Source of the DNA: an uncultured Chitinophagaceae bacterium
Lineage (GTDB): Bacteria > Bacteroidota > Bacteroidia > Chitinophagales > Chitinophagaceae
Assembly: GCA_963788795.1 (NCBI GenBank)
Contig: CAWBII010000010.1
Location: 147,754-211,753 of the forward strand
Length of the DNA: 64,000 nt
Direction of reading: 5' to 3'
Of the stretch, positions 33,998 through 45,097 are shown in pieces. A program made the position numbers and the translations under genes. Positions within the stretch are counted from its first letter, which is position 1. Each line of letters begins with the position of its first letter. The notes beneath the pieces were generated by a model that ran no database searches, was not told where the DNA came from, and saw only the letters and a program-made list of their open reading frames with translations.

Positions 33998-34552
33998 TTA
34001 TTTTTCTATTCCTGAATATTTTTCATAAATCGCCCTGTAGCCAAATAGCCTGCCTATCGGCCCAACTAAGTTCATTAATATTTTTTGAATTACTATTGGG
34101 ATATTCGCATCAAAGGTTTTGCTATCAAGATATTTCAGAGTTACCAGGTCTTGAACAAAGCCAGCCTTTCCATTTTGTATTTTACCGTCTGTCGTCAGAC
34201 CTATAATGTTTTCCATCCAATACTCAAAGTCTAAAGCAGGAGAAATGGTTTGAATAAAAGTTACTGGTTCATCATCACTATTGTAATGATTATGAGGTTT
34301 ATTTTTGGGGAGTATCATTTTTTCCCCCTGGGATAGTGTTTTTGTTTTTCCTTCCGACCAAATGGTTAGCTTTCCGGCAAGCACTTCAAAACATTCATCT
34401 TGTAAAGAGTGAAAATGGTTTGGATATAGTTGTCCTTTATTGAGTGTTTGTTTCATAGTTATTCTTTCACCGTTTGTGTCTTTGGATAGCTCTGAATACT
34501 CATAAATGTCCCCGGTGGCCGGATTTTTTAGTATTTGTCCTTTTTGCGGCAT
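33998..34552 (-). CDS. Cupin domain protein
   Basis: PNHFHSLQDECFEVLAGKL...PKNKPHNHYN. Confidence 0.85.
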   Translation of the reverse strand: MPQKGQILKNPATGDIYEYSELSKDTNGERITMKQTLNKGQLYPNHFHSLQDECFEVLAGKLTIWSEGKTKTLSQGEKMILPKNKPHNHYNSDDEPVTFIQTISPALDFEYWMENIIGLTTDGKIQNGKAGFVQDLVTLKYLDSKTFDANIPIVIQKILMNLVGPIGRLFGYRAIYEKYSGIEK

Positions 34553-34633
34553 AGTTAAAATTTTGGAAGTTGAAATCCATTATTATGTCGGATAATTTTT
34601 TAGCTGGTTCCCAAACTCGCTTAATAATTACTA

Positions 34634-34864
34634 CTAACTTATAAATATACACAACCCTTTGCTCAGAAAAGTATTCATTTGCAAATAATAATGTTGCAAC
34701 AGATGATAATGTATTTTATAAAAGGCACAGGCACAACTAACGCTAAAGGCTATGCGACAAAACTTGCGTCAAACTTGGGATAGCATTACCTTTATAATTT
34801 AAACATACTACGGGTAGGGGATAGAGGTACTTTTATAATTTAAATTTACTAAGGTTAGCTTGGG
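34634..34864 (+). repeat. Family B copy with intact left end, followed by two family E copies
   Basis: CTAAC|TTATAAATATACACAACCCTTTGCTCAGAAAAG...CTAACGCTAAAGGCTATGCGACAAA, then TTTATAATTTAAACATACTACGGGTAGGGG twice. Confidence 0.9.
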
Positions 34865-34943
34865 GATAAAGGCAGCGACAAAATTGATGTGACAATTTTA
34901 TGAACCGCTATCCGTATCAAATGTTTTTAGCAATATATAAACA

Positions 34944-35687
34944 ATGAAAGTTGAAATATATAATACTCCTCATGAGCTTGGAAAAGCTGCAGGCATGCAG
35001 GCTGCACAATTTATTCGTGAAGCAATTGAAACAAACGGAACTGCAAACATTATTCTTGCAACAGGAACGAGCCAGTTTGAAACATTGAAACAACTTGTAT
35101 CAGAAGATATAGATTGGAGTAAAGTAATAATGTTTCACCTTGATGAATATATCGGGTTGCCTGCAACACATCCTGCAAGCTTTAGAAAATATTTGCAGGA
35201 AAGATTTATCTCAAAAGTTTCTCCGTTAAAGGCAGCATATTTAATACATGGTGAAACAGATCCGCAACAGGAATGTGAACGTCTTGGAAAATTAATTGCA
35301 GCACATCCGATTGATGTAGCACTCGTCGGCATCGGCGAGAACGGGCATCTTGCATTTAATGATCCGCCTGCAGATTTTGAAACAGAAGAGCCATACATTG
35401 TTGTTAATTTAGATGCTGCCTGCAGAAAACAACAAATGGGTGAAGGCTGGTTTGAAACTATAGATGATGTGCCGCAGAAAGCGATCAGTATGTCCATCAA
35501 ACAGATCATGAAATCAAAAAATATTATTTGCTCTGTGCCGGATGCAAGAAAAGCAATAGCTGTAAAAAATTGTTTGGAGCAAACAGTAAGCAATCTTTAT
35601 CCTGCAAGTATTTTACAAACGCATGCAAATTGTATTGTTTATCTTGATAAAGATTCGGCATCGCTGTTACATGATCAAAACAATTGA
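34944..35687 (+). CDS. nagB: Glucosamine-6-phosphate deaminase
   Basis: [36 protein letters not shown]. Confidence 0.9.
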   Translation: MKVEIYNTPHELGKAAGMQAAQFIREAIETNGTANIILATGTSQFETLKQLVSEDIDWSKVIMFHLDEYIGLPATHPASFRKYLQERFISKVSPLKAAYLIHGETDPQQECERLGKLIAAHPIDVALVGIGENGHLAFNDPPADFETEEPYIVVNLDAACRKQQMGEGWFETIDDVPQKAISMSIKQIMKSKNIICSVPDARKAIAVKNCLEQTVSNLYPASILQTHANCIVYLDKDSASLLHDQNN

Positions 35688-35712
35688 TCCAGGATAAAAA
35701 TTCCTGTTACTG

Positions 35713-36920
35713 ATGAATTCCTCAAAAATTAAAAATATATAACGGTAAAATTATAACGCCTTTTAAAATTATTGAAGGCGGTTGTATTCTTATTACAGGT
35801 GATGTAATTGCTGAAGTAAGTGAGCAGAATATTGAAACTGAAAATGCAATTGAAATAAATGCGGAGGGAAAATATGTTGCACCGGGTTTTATTGATATAC
35901 ATGTTCATGGCGGCGGCGGCTATGATTTTATGGATGCAAGTGAAGATGCTTTTTTAAAGATTGCTGAAACACATGTGCAGTATGGTACTACGTCTATGTT
36001 GCCAACAACATTAACGGGCACCAAAGAAGAATTACTGGAAACACTTGCAGTATATGAATCTGCAAATAAAAAAAATATAAATGGTGCACAATTTCTCGGA
36101 ATGCACCTGGAAGGCCCTTACCTCGCAATGAATCAAAGAGGAGCACAGGATGCACGTTTTATAAGAGACCCTGATCCTGACTGAGTACAAAGAAATTCTT
36201 TCCCGTTATTCCTGTGTGAAACGCTGGAGTGCAGCGCCTGAATTAAAAGGTGCTATTGAATTCGGTCGTTATGTACGATCAAAAAATATATTGCCGGCAA
36301 TAGCGCATACCGATGCTGTTTATGAAGAAGTGCTTGAAGCATTTAACAATGGTTATACGCTCATCACGCATTTATATTCCGGCATGTCGGGTGTTACACG
36401 AAGAAATGCTTATCGCTATGCAGGCGTAATTGAAAGCGCATACATTATTGATGAAATGGATGTTGAAATAATCGCAGATGGCATTCATCTTCCTCCGCCT
36501 TTATTAAAGCTTGTGTATAAAATTAAAGGTGCAGACAGGATTGCGCTGATCACAGATGCAATGCGTGCAGCAGGAACGGATGAAACAGAAAGTATTTTAG
36601 GCAGTGTTGAACATGGTATGAAAGTAATTGTGGAAGATGGTGTGGCAAAGTTGCCGGACAGAACTGCGTTTGCAGGAAGCGTTGCCACTGCAGACCGGCT
36701 TGTAAGAACAATGGTGACAATGGCTGATGTTCCTTTGATCGATGCCATAAAAATGATCACCGGAACACCTGCAAGGATATTAGGAATATCACACAGGAAA
36801 GGTTCGTTGGCACCAGGCAAAGATGCAGACATTGTGATCTTTGATGATGATATTAATATTGAAACAACAATTATAAAAGGAAGGGTTGTTTATAAAAAAG
36901 CGATCCTGACTAAACCTTAG
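35713..36920 (+). CDS. nagA: N-acetylglucosamine-6-phosphate deacetylase (frameshifts near 35730 and 36180)
   Basis: PGFIDIHVHGGGG, HLEGPY, THLYSGM, IADGIH, ITDAM, AGSVAT, GKDADIV. Confidence 0.9.
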
Positions 36921-37013
36921 TAGTGAAGAAATCAGATTAGTTATCCAACCTTATTACCTTATTAAAAAAGACTGTTCCTATTTTCAATTTGATTATAAAT
37001 AAGGTTGCCCGCA

Positions 37014-37212
37014 GCTATCCTTAGTTTATCCATAACCGTTAGTTGCGCTGTCCTGATGTTTTTACCTCAGTACTTACAACCAATAAATCTATAACAAATA
37101 TTCAATTTTGATAAGCTTAAATATCCTGAGTTGCTCCAAAGAAGTTCCTTACGGAACAAACATCAGGATAACAATTCTTTTATAATTTAAACATACTTGC
37201 GGGTAGCAGGAG
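37014..37212 (+). repeat. Family A plus family E copy
   Basis: Full A motif and TTTTATAATTTAAACATACTTGCGGGTAGCAGG, ending about 8 bp from a stop codon. Confidence 0.9.
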
Positions 37213-37219
37213 GCATAAA

Positions 37220-38154
37220 TTACATTTCAGGATATTCTTTATTAATTTGTTTAAGTAAGTTAACAGCATTTTCTTTCGCTTGTTCTGCTAAGAATATTTC
37301 TATTCCTATGACATTCCTTTTGTTCCATAAAATCCCAAGGAATTCATTAAGCATTATTTTATCATCAGCATTAACTAATAATTTGTCAGGAAGATTTTTG
37401 AAATGATTATCAATTGAGAGACTCAGTGAATCGAAAGCAGGGAACACAGTATAATCAATCAGGTGGTACAGAAACGCTGTTTGTTTTTCAAGTGCATCAG
37501 ACAATTTTTTCTGAACATCCAGTAAGTCATTTCTTATTAAGTTATCGTAGTCCATTATATTTTCAGAAAGCGATTGCGGGCCAATCAGCCGGAAACTGCC
37601 TGAGCTTTTTAATTGATCAATCGTCTTACTGTGATAACTGAAAGGATTGTACCCCATATTTAAAGAAATCAGTCTGTAAAACTCATGCTGATCGCTGGCG
37701 CCCGATATTATGTTTTATCAAATTAATGAGACTATCTGTACGATCCACTTGCCCGGACCAGGCATGAATATGACCATTCAGGCTTGCAGTATCCGTTCTT
37801 AGATCCTGAGCTAAACTTTTAATATACTCTTTGCCACGATGGCTATCTGTTATGCTTTCCCTGATATTCTCTGCAAAAAACCCGAGTGTTACTGCAAGAA
37901 ATAGCATTAAGAATTCCAGAAAATATTCCTTGAAATTTTTCTTTTCTACGTGTCGGATGGTGATGTACTTCCATGTTTTCGATTTCTGATGTGGTGATGC
38001 CTGCCTGTCCGGTAGGCAGGTTTGATGTAACGATTCCTGTTTCAGTTTGTTCAATGGCTTGCTCTTGCGAGATATTTTCATTTGCAACTTCTTCATTAAA
38101 ATTTGCAATTTGTTCTTTAGAATTTTCTTGCGGTATGTTTTGGTCTTCGGGCAT
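37220..38154 (-). CDS. MEVHHHP-family protein with acidic leader (frameshifted)
   Basis: MPEDQNIPQE... leader, MEVHHHP at 37974, FLAVTLGFFAEN, TIDQLKSSGSFRLI; split over three ORFs. Confidence 0.75.
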
Positions 38155-39065
38155 TATTTAATATTATATTCTTTTTTTAAACTTGCAATAAGGTCTGTCC
38201 CATTTTTTAGTTGCGCATCAGAGGCAAGACCACGTAACAATACCGAATTATTTTTTTCTATACTGGCAAGCGATGCCAGTTGGTTTAATAAAACAGGATC
38301 AGTTGAAAGCAGTGTTGTTGGATGATTCAGCCTAAGGATTGAATGCTTAATTTCCTCCATTGTATTACCTACTGTTTCTGAAAAATATTGTTCCTTTAAA
38401 ATTTGAGAGGTTATTTTATATGCCTCCTGTTCAAGCATAGTTAAATCGCTTTCATTCTTTAAAACAGCACTAAGAACATAATACCCGGAAATTTGTGATT
38501 GTAATTCCGTGTTTTTAAAATACCGCATTTCTCCGGAACTTTTTAATTCCTGGAAAGTTGCATCCGAGTTAGGAAATGGTATTGGCAGAAAAAGGAACCT
38601 GGAATAATAATATATATCATTGTATTGCGCCGGCAGCAAAGGTTTGGCAAGCATTTTCGCAAGAGAGTCAAGCTTTTTCTCTCTCCATAATTGAATTTCA
38701 ATTCTGGTATTCAAAAGTGAGTTATCTGCTTCCAGGTCCTTGATTAATGATACAGCAAATTCTTTGGCTTTGCTTTGTTCTGCAAAATTTTCTCTTATAT
38801 TTTCTGCAAAAAAGCCCAGTGTTACTGCAAGAAATATCATTAAGAACTCCAGAAAATATTCTTTGAAATTTTTCTTTTCTACATGTTGGGATGATGATGT
38901 ACTTCCATTTCTTTTGAAGTTTTGAGTTTGCAGTTTGGAGTTCATGTCTGTGCTTCATGCTTTCAGGTTTCAATAGTTTGTCGTTGAGAAGCAGTCACAT
39001 CTTCTTGCTGACTTTCAGACTTGTTGTCTTCCGGACTTTCTTCTATGTTTTGTTTCTTCACTCAT
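38154..39065 (-). CDS. MEVHHHP-family protein with acidic leader (frameshifted)
   Basis: MSEEQNIEES leader at 39065, MEVHHH at 38908, TFQELKSSGEMRYF. Confidence 0.75.
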
Positions 39066-39808
39066 CTTTCAAATCATATTCTTTTTTTATTAACTCAATA
39101 AGCCTGGCTGCCTTGTCTCTATATTGTATTTCAAAATACATGTTAACTTCTATATCACTTTTTTCAAACCGTATAAAGGAATAAAGCTGTTGCAGCAGCG
39201 GACGGTCATAACGGGTGAACATCTCTGTATGATGAGGGTATCCTGTGTACATGGAATCGTGAATATCACCGGAACCCTCTGGCAAAACGATCAACTGCAT
39301 GGCAAACTCATCCAGCCTTTGCCACCGTTGAATATAAAAGTTTGAGTTGATCATAACCCCATCATAAAGTATATTAAGATCACTAATTGAATCAATAACT
39401 GCTTTTTTACGAATGACACTGAACCCGCCTGCATTTTTCAATTGGGTAATGGTGTTATCATAGCGGGTAAAGACGTTTATCCACGAATAGAAATAAACGA
39501 AATGATGATAGAATGTATCCTGTGTGCTGATATCGCTTAGTTTTTCTACAGGGATGTTTAATGCACTATCTATTTTTTTTATAAGCACAGCCTGGAATGC
39601 TACAGTTCCGTTAGCTGAAGCAGTATCTTTTTTAAGATCCTTTATCATGCTTTCCATATAATTCTTTTCCTTTTCATTATTCACCAAATGCTCCCGCAAG
39701 CTTTCTGCAAAAAATCCCATTGTTACTGCAAGAAATATCATTAAGAACTCCAAAAAATATTCTTTGAAATTTTTCTTTTCTACTTGTGGGATGATGATGT
39801 ACTTCCAT
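39058..39808 (-). CDS. MEVHHHP-family protein (frameshift after HHHP)
   Basis: ATGGAAGTACATCATCAT at 39808; TITQLKNAGGFSVI; IKKEY end. Confidence 0.8.
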
Positions 39809-39810
39809 TG

Positions 39811-40562
39811 TTATTGAAGATTATATTCTTTTTTTAATAAGCTTAATAAACTTTCGGCTCTTTTATCAACCGCTTCTATTCTTGTCAATATTAATTTTAG
39901 ATTAAACGATTGCAACTGACAGAGATTGGCGTATTGTATAAAATCTTCTTTCTTATTTGAAAGCAACGGAAATGATTCTTTTTTAAATGAATCAATTTTT
40001 TCAGCGCTGATAGTAAGCCCCATGATTTCGTCAATGTAGGAGGCATCGAATATTTTATTCCTTGCTTTAACCAGGTCGCTGTAGATTAAATCCAGAAAAG
40101 GAAAAGCGTCACGCATGTCTTGTACTGCCTGGTCATATTGTGCAATAGCATAAGCAACATTGTGTTTTTGAAATAACCGAAGGTCGCCGGAACTTAACAA
40201 TTGCTTTAGAGTAGCATCCTGAAGTGATACGTTTAGCTTTCTTGTTCCAAATCTTCCAAAATATGTCCATGTACCTGCGGGAAGCTCATCAATAGCCTTT
40301 GTATGAACCAGCATCCGGAAAGTATCTATTTTGGGGATTACAAAATTTTTCTCATTGATAGCTGCATTCAATAAAGTTGTATCTACTTTAAGGTCTTCGT
40401 ATAATGTTTGGGCATATGTTCTTCACGTTCGCCATCTACGATATGCTCCCGCAAACTCTCTGCAAAAAATCCCATAGTTACAGCAAGAAATATCATTAAG
40501 AATTCCAAAAAATATTCTTTGAAATTTTTCTTTTCTGCTTTTGGATGATGATGTACTTCCAT
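39811..40562 (-). CDS. MEVHHHP-family protein (frameshift near 40420)
   Basis: MEVHHHPKAEKKNFKEY head; TLKQLLSSGDLRLF; LKKEYNLQ end. Confidence 0.8.
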
Positions 40563-40573
40563 TATTTCTAATC

Positions 40574-41312
40574 TTATATTTTATAATTCTCTGCTATAAT
40601 TTTTCTTATTACAGAAGTATACGCTGATATTTTCAAGAGATTGATTTTTTCTGCAGCTATGGTAGATTTTTCCTGGTGCAAATAATAAATGAACTGGTTG
40701 TTTAATTGTTGATTGCTTTTGTTGATGCTATGTATCCCTGTAGTTCTTGTGATGCGATTGGCACTGTCTACCATCGTTTGAAAAACATTTGCATCAAAAA
40801 TGATAGAAATAAACGGATACAAAGAGCGTCGTTCCTCCATCCCTACACTGTGATTATCTTTATAAGTGGCCACGTTATTTTCGTATTCTATAATGCTGTC
40901 TGCAAGCGCTGTATTTTTAATAAGCCTGAAGTTTCCGGAGTTATTTAATTGTTGTATCGTACGGTCGGCCTGTTCAAAAGCCTTTGTTCTGGTAATAAGT
41001 CTTGCAAAAAAATAAGCCGCGTTTATTTCATTGCTGTCGGGCAATGGCTGATTGATAATATGTATCAATTCATTTATCCCGCTTATCTGCAAACTGTCAA
41101 AGCGAACTGCTGTACTGATGTTGGTACTGTCGCGTTGCATGTCATCATAAAGCGAACGCACATATTCGTTCTGTTTGTTATTATCACTTATGCCTTCGCG
41201 AACATTCTCTGCAATAAAGCCAAGTGTTACTGCCAAGAAATATCATTAAGAACTCCAGAAAATATTCTTTGAATTTTTTCTTTTCTACATGTGGATGGTG
41301 ATGTACTTCCAT
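40574..41312 (-). CDS. MEVHHHP-family protein (frameshift near 41233)
   Basis: MEVHHHPHVEKKKFKEY head; TIQQLNNSGNFRLI. Confidence 0.8.
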
Positions 41313-41466
41313 TGTTTATTTATATGTATGATGTCTCATTATCGGTTATTATCTGTCAGTTTTTTAAATGATATTCTTTTTTCAGTAAGAGTATCAGATC
41401 TCAGCATTTTTTTTAATAATTCCTGCTCATGATTTATAAACCTACACGAACTTCTGAAAGCCCCTC

Positions 41467-41560
41467 GCTATTCTTAGTTTATCACTAACCGTTAGTTGTG
41501 CTGTCCTGATGTTTTTAACTCATGACTTACAAACAATAAATCTATAACAAATATTCAATT
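41467..41560 (+). repeat. Family A copy (3' truncated)
   Basis: GCTATTCTTAGTTTATCACTAACCGTTAGTTG...AATATTCAATT, ending about 12 bp from the next stop codon. Confidence 0.9.
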
Positions 41561-41571
41561 CAACCTGTTTG

Positions 41572-42114
41572 TTACTCCGCATCCCTTATCAACATATGTA
41601 TCTTTTCATCCCATTGCTTTTGTTGCTCTATATTATACATGTGGTTTGTTTCCTTATCGTATTGAGCATTTAACTGAGTAATGTTTTTAAGAACTGTGTT
41701 GAATACTGAATCAATTTTTTGCTTGTAATTATAAATACGCAGTATAGTTGTATCTACGGCTTTTTTAAATTCGGCTTCACATGCTATTGCTAAATTAAAA
41801 TGGCCCTGCTCGTGATGCAGTAATTGTTCGGTTTCTTTATCCTCCAATACCCAGGAATTTTCTTTTAAAACATGCCATATGTTTAAATCAACTGTAACTG
41901 TATCCATATGAAATGAGCGTATTTTATATTTATAATATACGTTCCAGTTAGTTTCGGCCCAGTAATTTGAATTGCTGTCTGGCTTTCCCGTAAAATATTC
42001 CCACTTCAATGTATCGCCCGGTATTGTTTTACCATTCTGTAAAGATTGTGCAGTAATGTCTGTCACAAAACAATTTGTCAATACAAATATCAATACTAAT
42101 TTAAGCGCTGTCAT
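41572..42114 (-). CDS. DUF922-like secreted Zn-dependent protease domain protein
   Basis: LKWEYFTG.PD, SWV, LLHHEQGHFNLA, YDKETNH. Confidence 0.8.
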   Translation of the reverse strand: MTALKLVLIFVLTNCFVTDITAQSLQNGKTIPGDTLKWEYFTGKPDSNSNYWAETNWNVYYKYKIRSFHMDTVTVDLNIWHVLKENSWVLEDKETEQLLHHEQGHFNLAIACEAEFKKAVDTTILRIYNYKQKIDSVFNTVLKNITQLNAQYDKETNHMYNIEQQKQWDEKIHMLIRDAE

Positions 42115-42190
42115 TTCTATGCTGGTGTTGATCTTTCCTTTCAAAATTAAAGCATTACAAAGATTAAAAGAGACCGCCGATGGTGCGTGA

Positions 42191-42289
42191 AAACAGATGA
42201 TATCATATTTCGTAACAGGCACAAGCATAACTAACGCTAAAGGCTATGCGACAAAGATTGCGCCATGAAACTTCTTTATGCCTGGACTA
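42191..42289 (+). repeat. Family B copy
   Basis: AAACAGATGAT..CATATTTCGTAACAGGCACAAGCATAACTAACGCTAAAGGCTATGCGACAAAG...GCCTGGACTA. Confidence 0.9.
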
Positions 42290-42446
42290 CGTTCGGGCAT
42301 TGACGATGGCGCGGAATTGTTGTTGTGTCAGTCCGGCGTTTTCACTTCACACAATGTCGCACAAATCCTATTTGATTTCCTCTGCGCTTACCACGCATGA
42401 AGACCCGATAGCACGAAAATTAAAGAAAAGCATCTATTTTAGTGTC

Positions 42447-43859
42447 ATGGCAGATTTGGAAAAGGTCAATAAGTTATTGGATGAAGTAAAGCTTTGTGCA
42501 GATCCCGATATTAATAAGTATTGGCCGCAGGTCTGCACAATTTTTATTCCCATGGCGACGGCTGGTTCAAAAGAATGCGCCCGGTCTTTTTATCAATGGG
42601 CAGAAGAAAATGTGCCTCGTGATTCGCTTAAATTTTATTATGCTGAATTGTTGTTGGCTACATCTTATTTTATGAACGACGATCATGAAACGGCCCTTCC
42701 GATGGTTTCGGGATTGCGAAAATCATTCGGGGAATATGATGACCAGGACGGCATTGAAATTTGTTCGTTACTAACCGGAGTGATATACCGCTCAATGGGC
42801 AATTTTGACCTGGCGCTGAATACCCTGATCCCGGTTTTCGACTATTTTAAACGAAACAGGCGTTACCCTATATTTTTTGAAGGGAGCTGCAATTCTCTTG
42901 GTAATGTAAATTTTGAATTGCATAATTATGACGAAGCCTATTCCATTTTCAATGCCGGTTACAAAGCAAGTTTAGAAAGTGGCAATCACTATTTTAACAT
43001 CTATGCTCTGCATGGAATGGGAAAAATTAAAATGCGGCTTAATCAGCCTGTGGAGACACTTGAGTATTTCAATAAAGCATTGGAAGTTGCTGAAACGATA
43101 GAAGCTCCACTCCACATCGGCAATTCCTGGTCTGAGCTGGCAAATTTTTATTTACATATCGGAAATCTTGAAGCAGCAGAAAAATTAAACAAGCAGGCGT
43201 TGGCAATTCGTGAGCAGAATAATTTTACAGGAGCAGTTGTTACCAGTTACATTAACCTTGGGGAGATTTATATCCGGCAGTCCAGGTGGGAAGAGGCAAT
43301 TGATGTGCTCAACAAAGGATTGGAGCTGGCAGAGAAGATAAAATTAAAACCTAAAATCTACCAGGTGCATCTTCTTCTTTCGAAAGTGTACAAAGCCATG
43401 AATGAAACTGCGATAAGCTTGCATCACTACGAGATTTTTCATGAAATACGCGAAAAAGTGCTGGAGGAAGACAATGCACGAAAGCTGGCTGATGCGAAAC
43501 TTATTTTCGAAGCTGAGCAAACCCGGAAAGAAAACATCATTATCAAACGACAAAAAGAGGAGATACAGCGAAAGAACATCGAGCTGCAGGAAACTATTGA
43601 TGAACTCACCATCACCAGGATCAGTCGCAAGGCAAAAGCACTCACTTTGATAATTGCCATTGTGATGTTTATCGTGGAAGATACCATTCTTCACTTTACC
43701 CTTCATCTTGTTGGTGAACAAGGATATTTCATTTCGTTGATAGTAAAAATGGTGATTATTTTTTCACTGAGCCCTATTAACAAAGGCATAGAGCATGCGC
43801 TGGTGAAGAAGGTAATTAAGAGAAGAAAAATTACTCTGCCGGGGGTAGATCCTGCCTGA
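42447..43859 (+). CDS. TPR-repeat protein with coiled coil and two C-terminal TM helices
   Basis: Several TPRs (NSLGNVNFELHNYDEA, INLGEIYIRQSRWEEA) and a hydrophobic C-terminus; the ORF-track 5' extension reads through repeat B. Confidence 0.85.
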   Translation: MADLEKVNKLLDEVKLCADPDINKYWPQVCTIFIPMATAGSKECARSFYQWAEENVPRDSLKFYYAELLLATSYFMNDDHETALPMVSGLRKSFGEYDDQDGIEICSLLTGVIYRSMGNFDLALNTLIPVFDYFKRNRRYPIFFEGSCNSLGNVNFELHNYDEAYSIFNAGYKASLESGNHYFNIYALHGMGKIKMRLNQPVETLEYFNKALEVAETIEAPLHIGNSWSELANFYLHIGNLEAAEKLNKQALAIREQNNFTGAVVTSYINLGEIYIRQSRWEEAIDVLNKGLELAEKIKLKPKIYQVHLLLSKVYKAMNETAISLHHYEIFHEIREKVLEEDNARKLADAKLIFEAEQTRKENIIIKRQKEEIQRKNIELQETIDELTITRISRKAKALTLIIAIVMFIVEDTILHFTLHLVGEQGYFISLIVKMVIIFSLSPINKGIEHALVKKVIKRRKITLPGVDPA

Positions 43860-43907
43860 TGATATTTGTGGTAACATTAGACCCGATGCATCGCGGGATG
43901 TTGCTGT

Positions 43908-44077
43908 CTAACTCATAACTACACAACCCCTAGCTCAGAAAAGTATTAATTTACAAATAATAATATTGCAAACAGATGATAACGTATTTCGTAACAGGCA
44001 CACGCATAACTAACGCTAAAGGCTATGCGACAAAGCTTACGCCATGAAACTTCTCTATGCCTGGACTAAGAAGAGGA
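43908..44077 (+). repeat. Full-length family B copy
   Basis: CTAAC|TCATAACTACACAACCCCTAGCTCAGAAAAG...GGACTAAGAAGAGG. Confidence 0.92.
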
Positions 44078-44324
44078 ATTTTAGTCTACCTGTTTCAGAT
44101 GAGACAAACAAACGTTTCTATTATCTGTTAGCAGCCAGTTTTTTTAACCGCCTGGTGCTGCAGGTTTAGTAATATAAGCAACTATTTTTTATTTGACTAC
44201 TTCAATTAATCAACTCATGTTGCACACTGTATCATAATAAAACTGCATGAATTATCGTTTGGATAGCAGTAAGTAGTTTTGGCCTTTGTGCCTTTTGTGT
44301 TTAATCTTTTATAAATTAATTGCC

Positions 44325-44828
44325 ATGAGAAAATCTCTTAAATATCTTCTTGTTAGTTTTTTGGTTATACTTTCTTCATCTTTAAAAACTACCGTAAATG
44401 CACAGAGCGATTTTGCGAATGATATAAGTACGCTTATAGAAGCCTGTAAAAATGATTTTGCTGATTTAAAGGATCAGCTTGGTTGTCACAAACGATAAAA
44501 TAGATATCTACAATGCAAATACCAGATAAAAGGATATTCAACTACTTACCTGGCTGTAGATAAGGCAACCGGTTATACTTACGTTTATGCTTCTTTGTCA
44601 ACTACAGGCTCAACGGCTGATGCTGACTGCAACCGTATTGCCGGGGATTTCGCGTCCGTTCCAGGCTGCAATTTGTACGATTCCAAAAACGATCCCAACA
44701 GTAATGAAGACAGGCGGCTGCAGGGAAAGATCGCTAATGGTACCGGCTATATATTTATTAATGCCGTACTAACATTATCAGCACATTCCGAGATACTTGT
44801 AAGCGTTCAAAAACCCGTTGCTCCGTAA
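44325..44828 (+). CDS. Secreted hypothetical protein (frameshift near 44480)
   Basis: Signal peptide MRKSLKYLLVSFLVIL...NAQ; continues in the 44595..44828 frame. Confidence 0.6.
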
Positions 44829-44857
44829 AATATTTGAGGTTCACAGGCAAAATGTAT

Positions 44858-44968
44858 GCAAATACAGATGATAGCATGTTTCGTAGCAGCCACAAGCATA
44901 ACTAACGTTAAAGGCTATGCGACAAAGCTTGCGCCATGAAACTTCTTTATGCTTGGACTAAGAAGGGA
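44858..44968 (+). repeat. Family B copy
   Basis: CAGATGATAGCATGTTTCGTAGCAGCCACAAGCATAACTAACGTTAAAGGCTATGCG...GGACTAAGAAGGG. Confidence 0.9.
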
Positions 44969-45097
44969 GCAAGTTCACAGGACTTCGCACCTTATCACCA
45001 ACATTTAAATTGACCTGCTTTCAAAAAAATGATACTTTCCAGTTATATTAGTGAAGTATTTCAATATTAGAACCTCACCATTTCATATTTACAAGCA

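Noticed and set aside
42246-42446. N-terminal extension MRQRLRHETSLCLD of the TPR ORF, and similar ORFs 20960..21142 and 49639..50061
   Set aside because: These are read-throughs of non-coding repeat B; the frame is not preserved across copies
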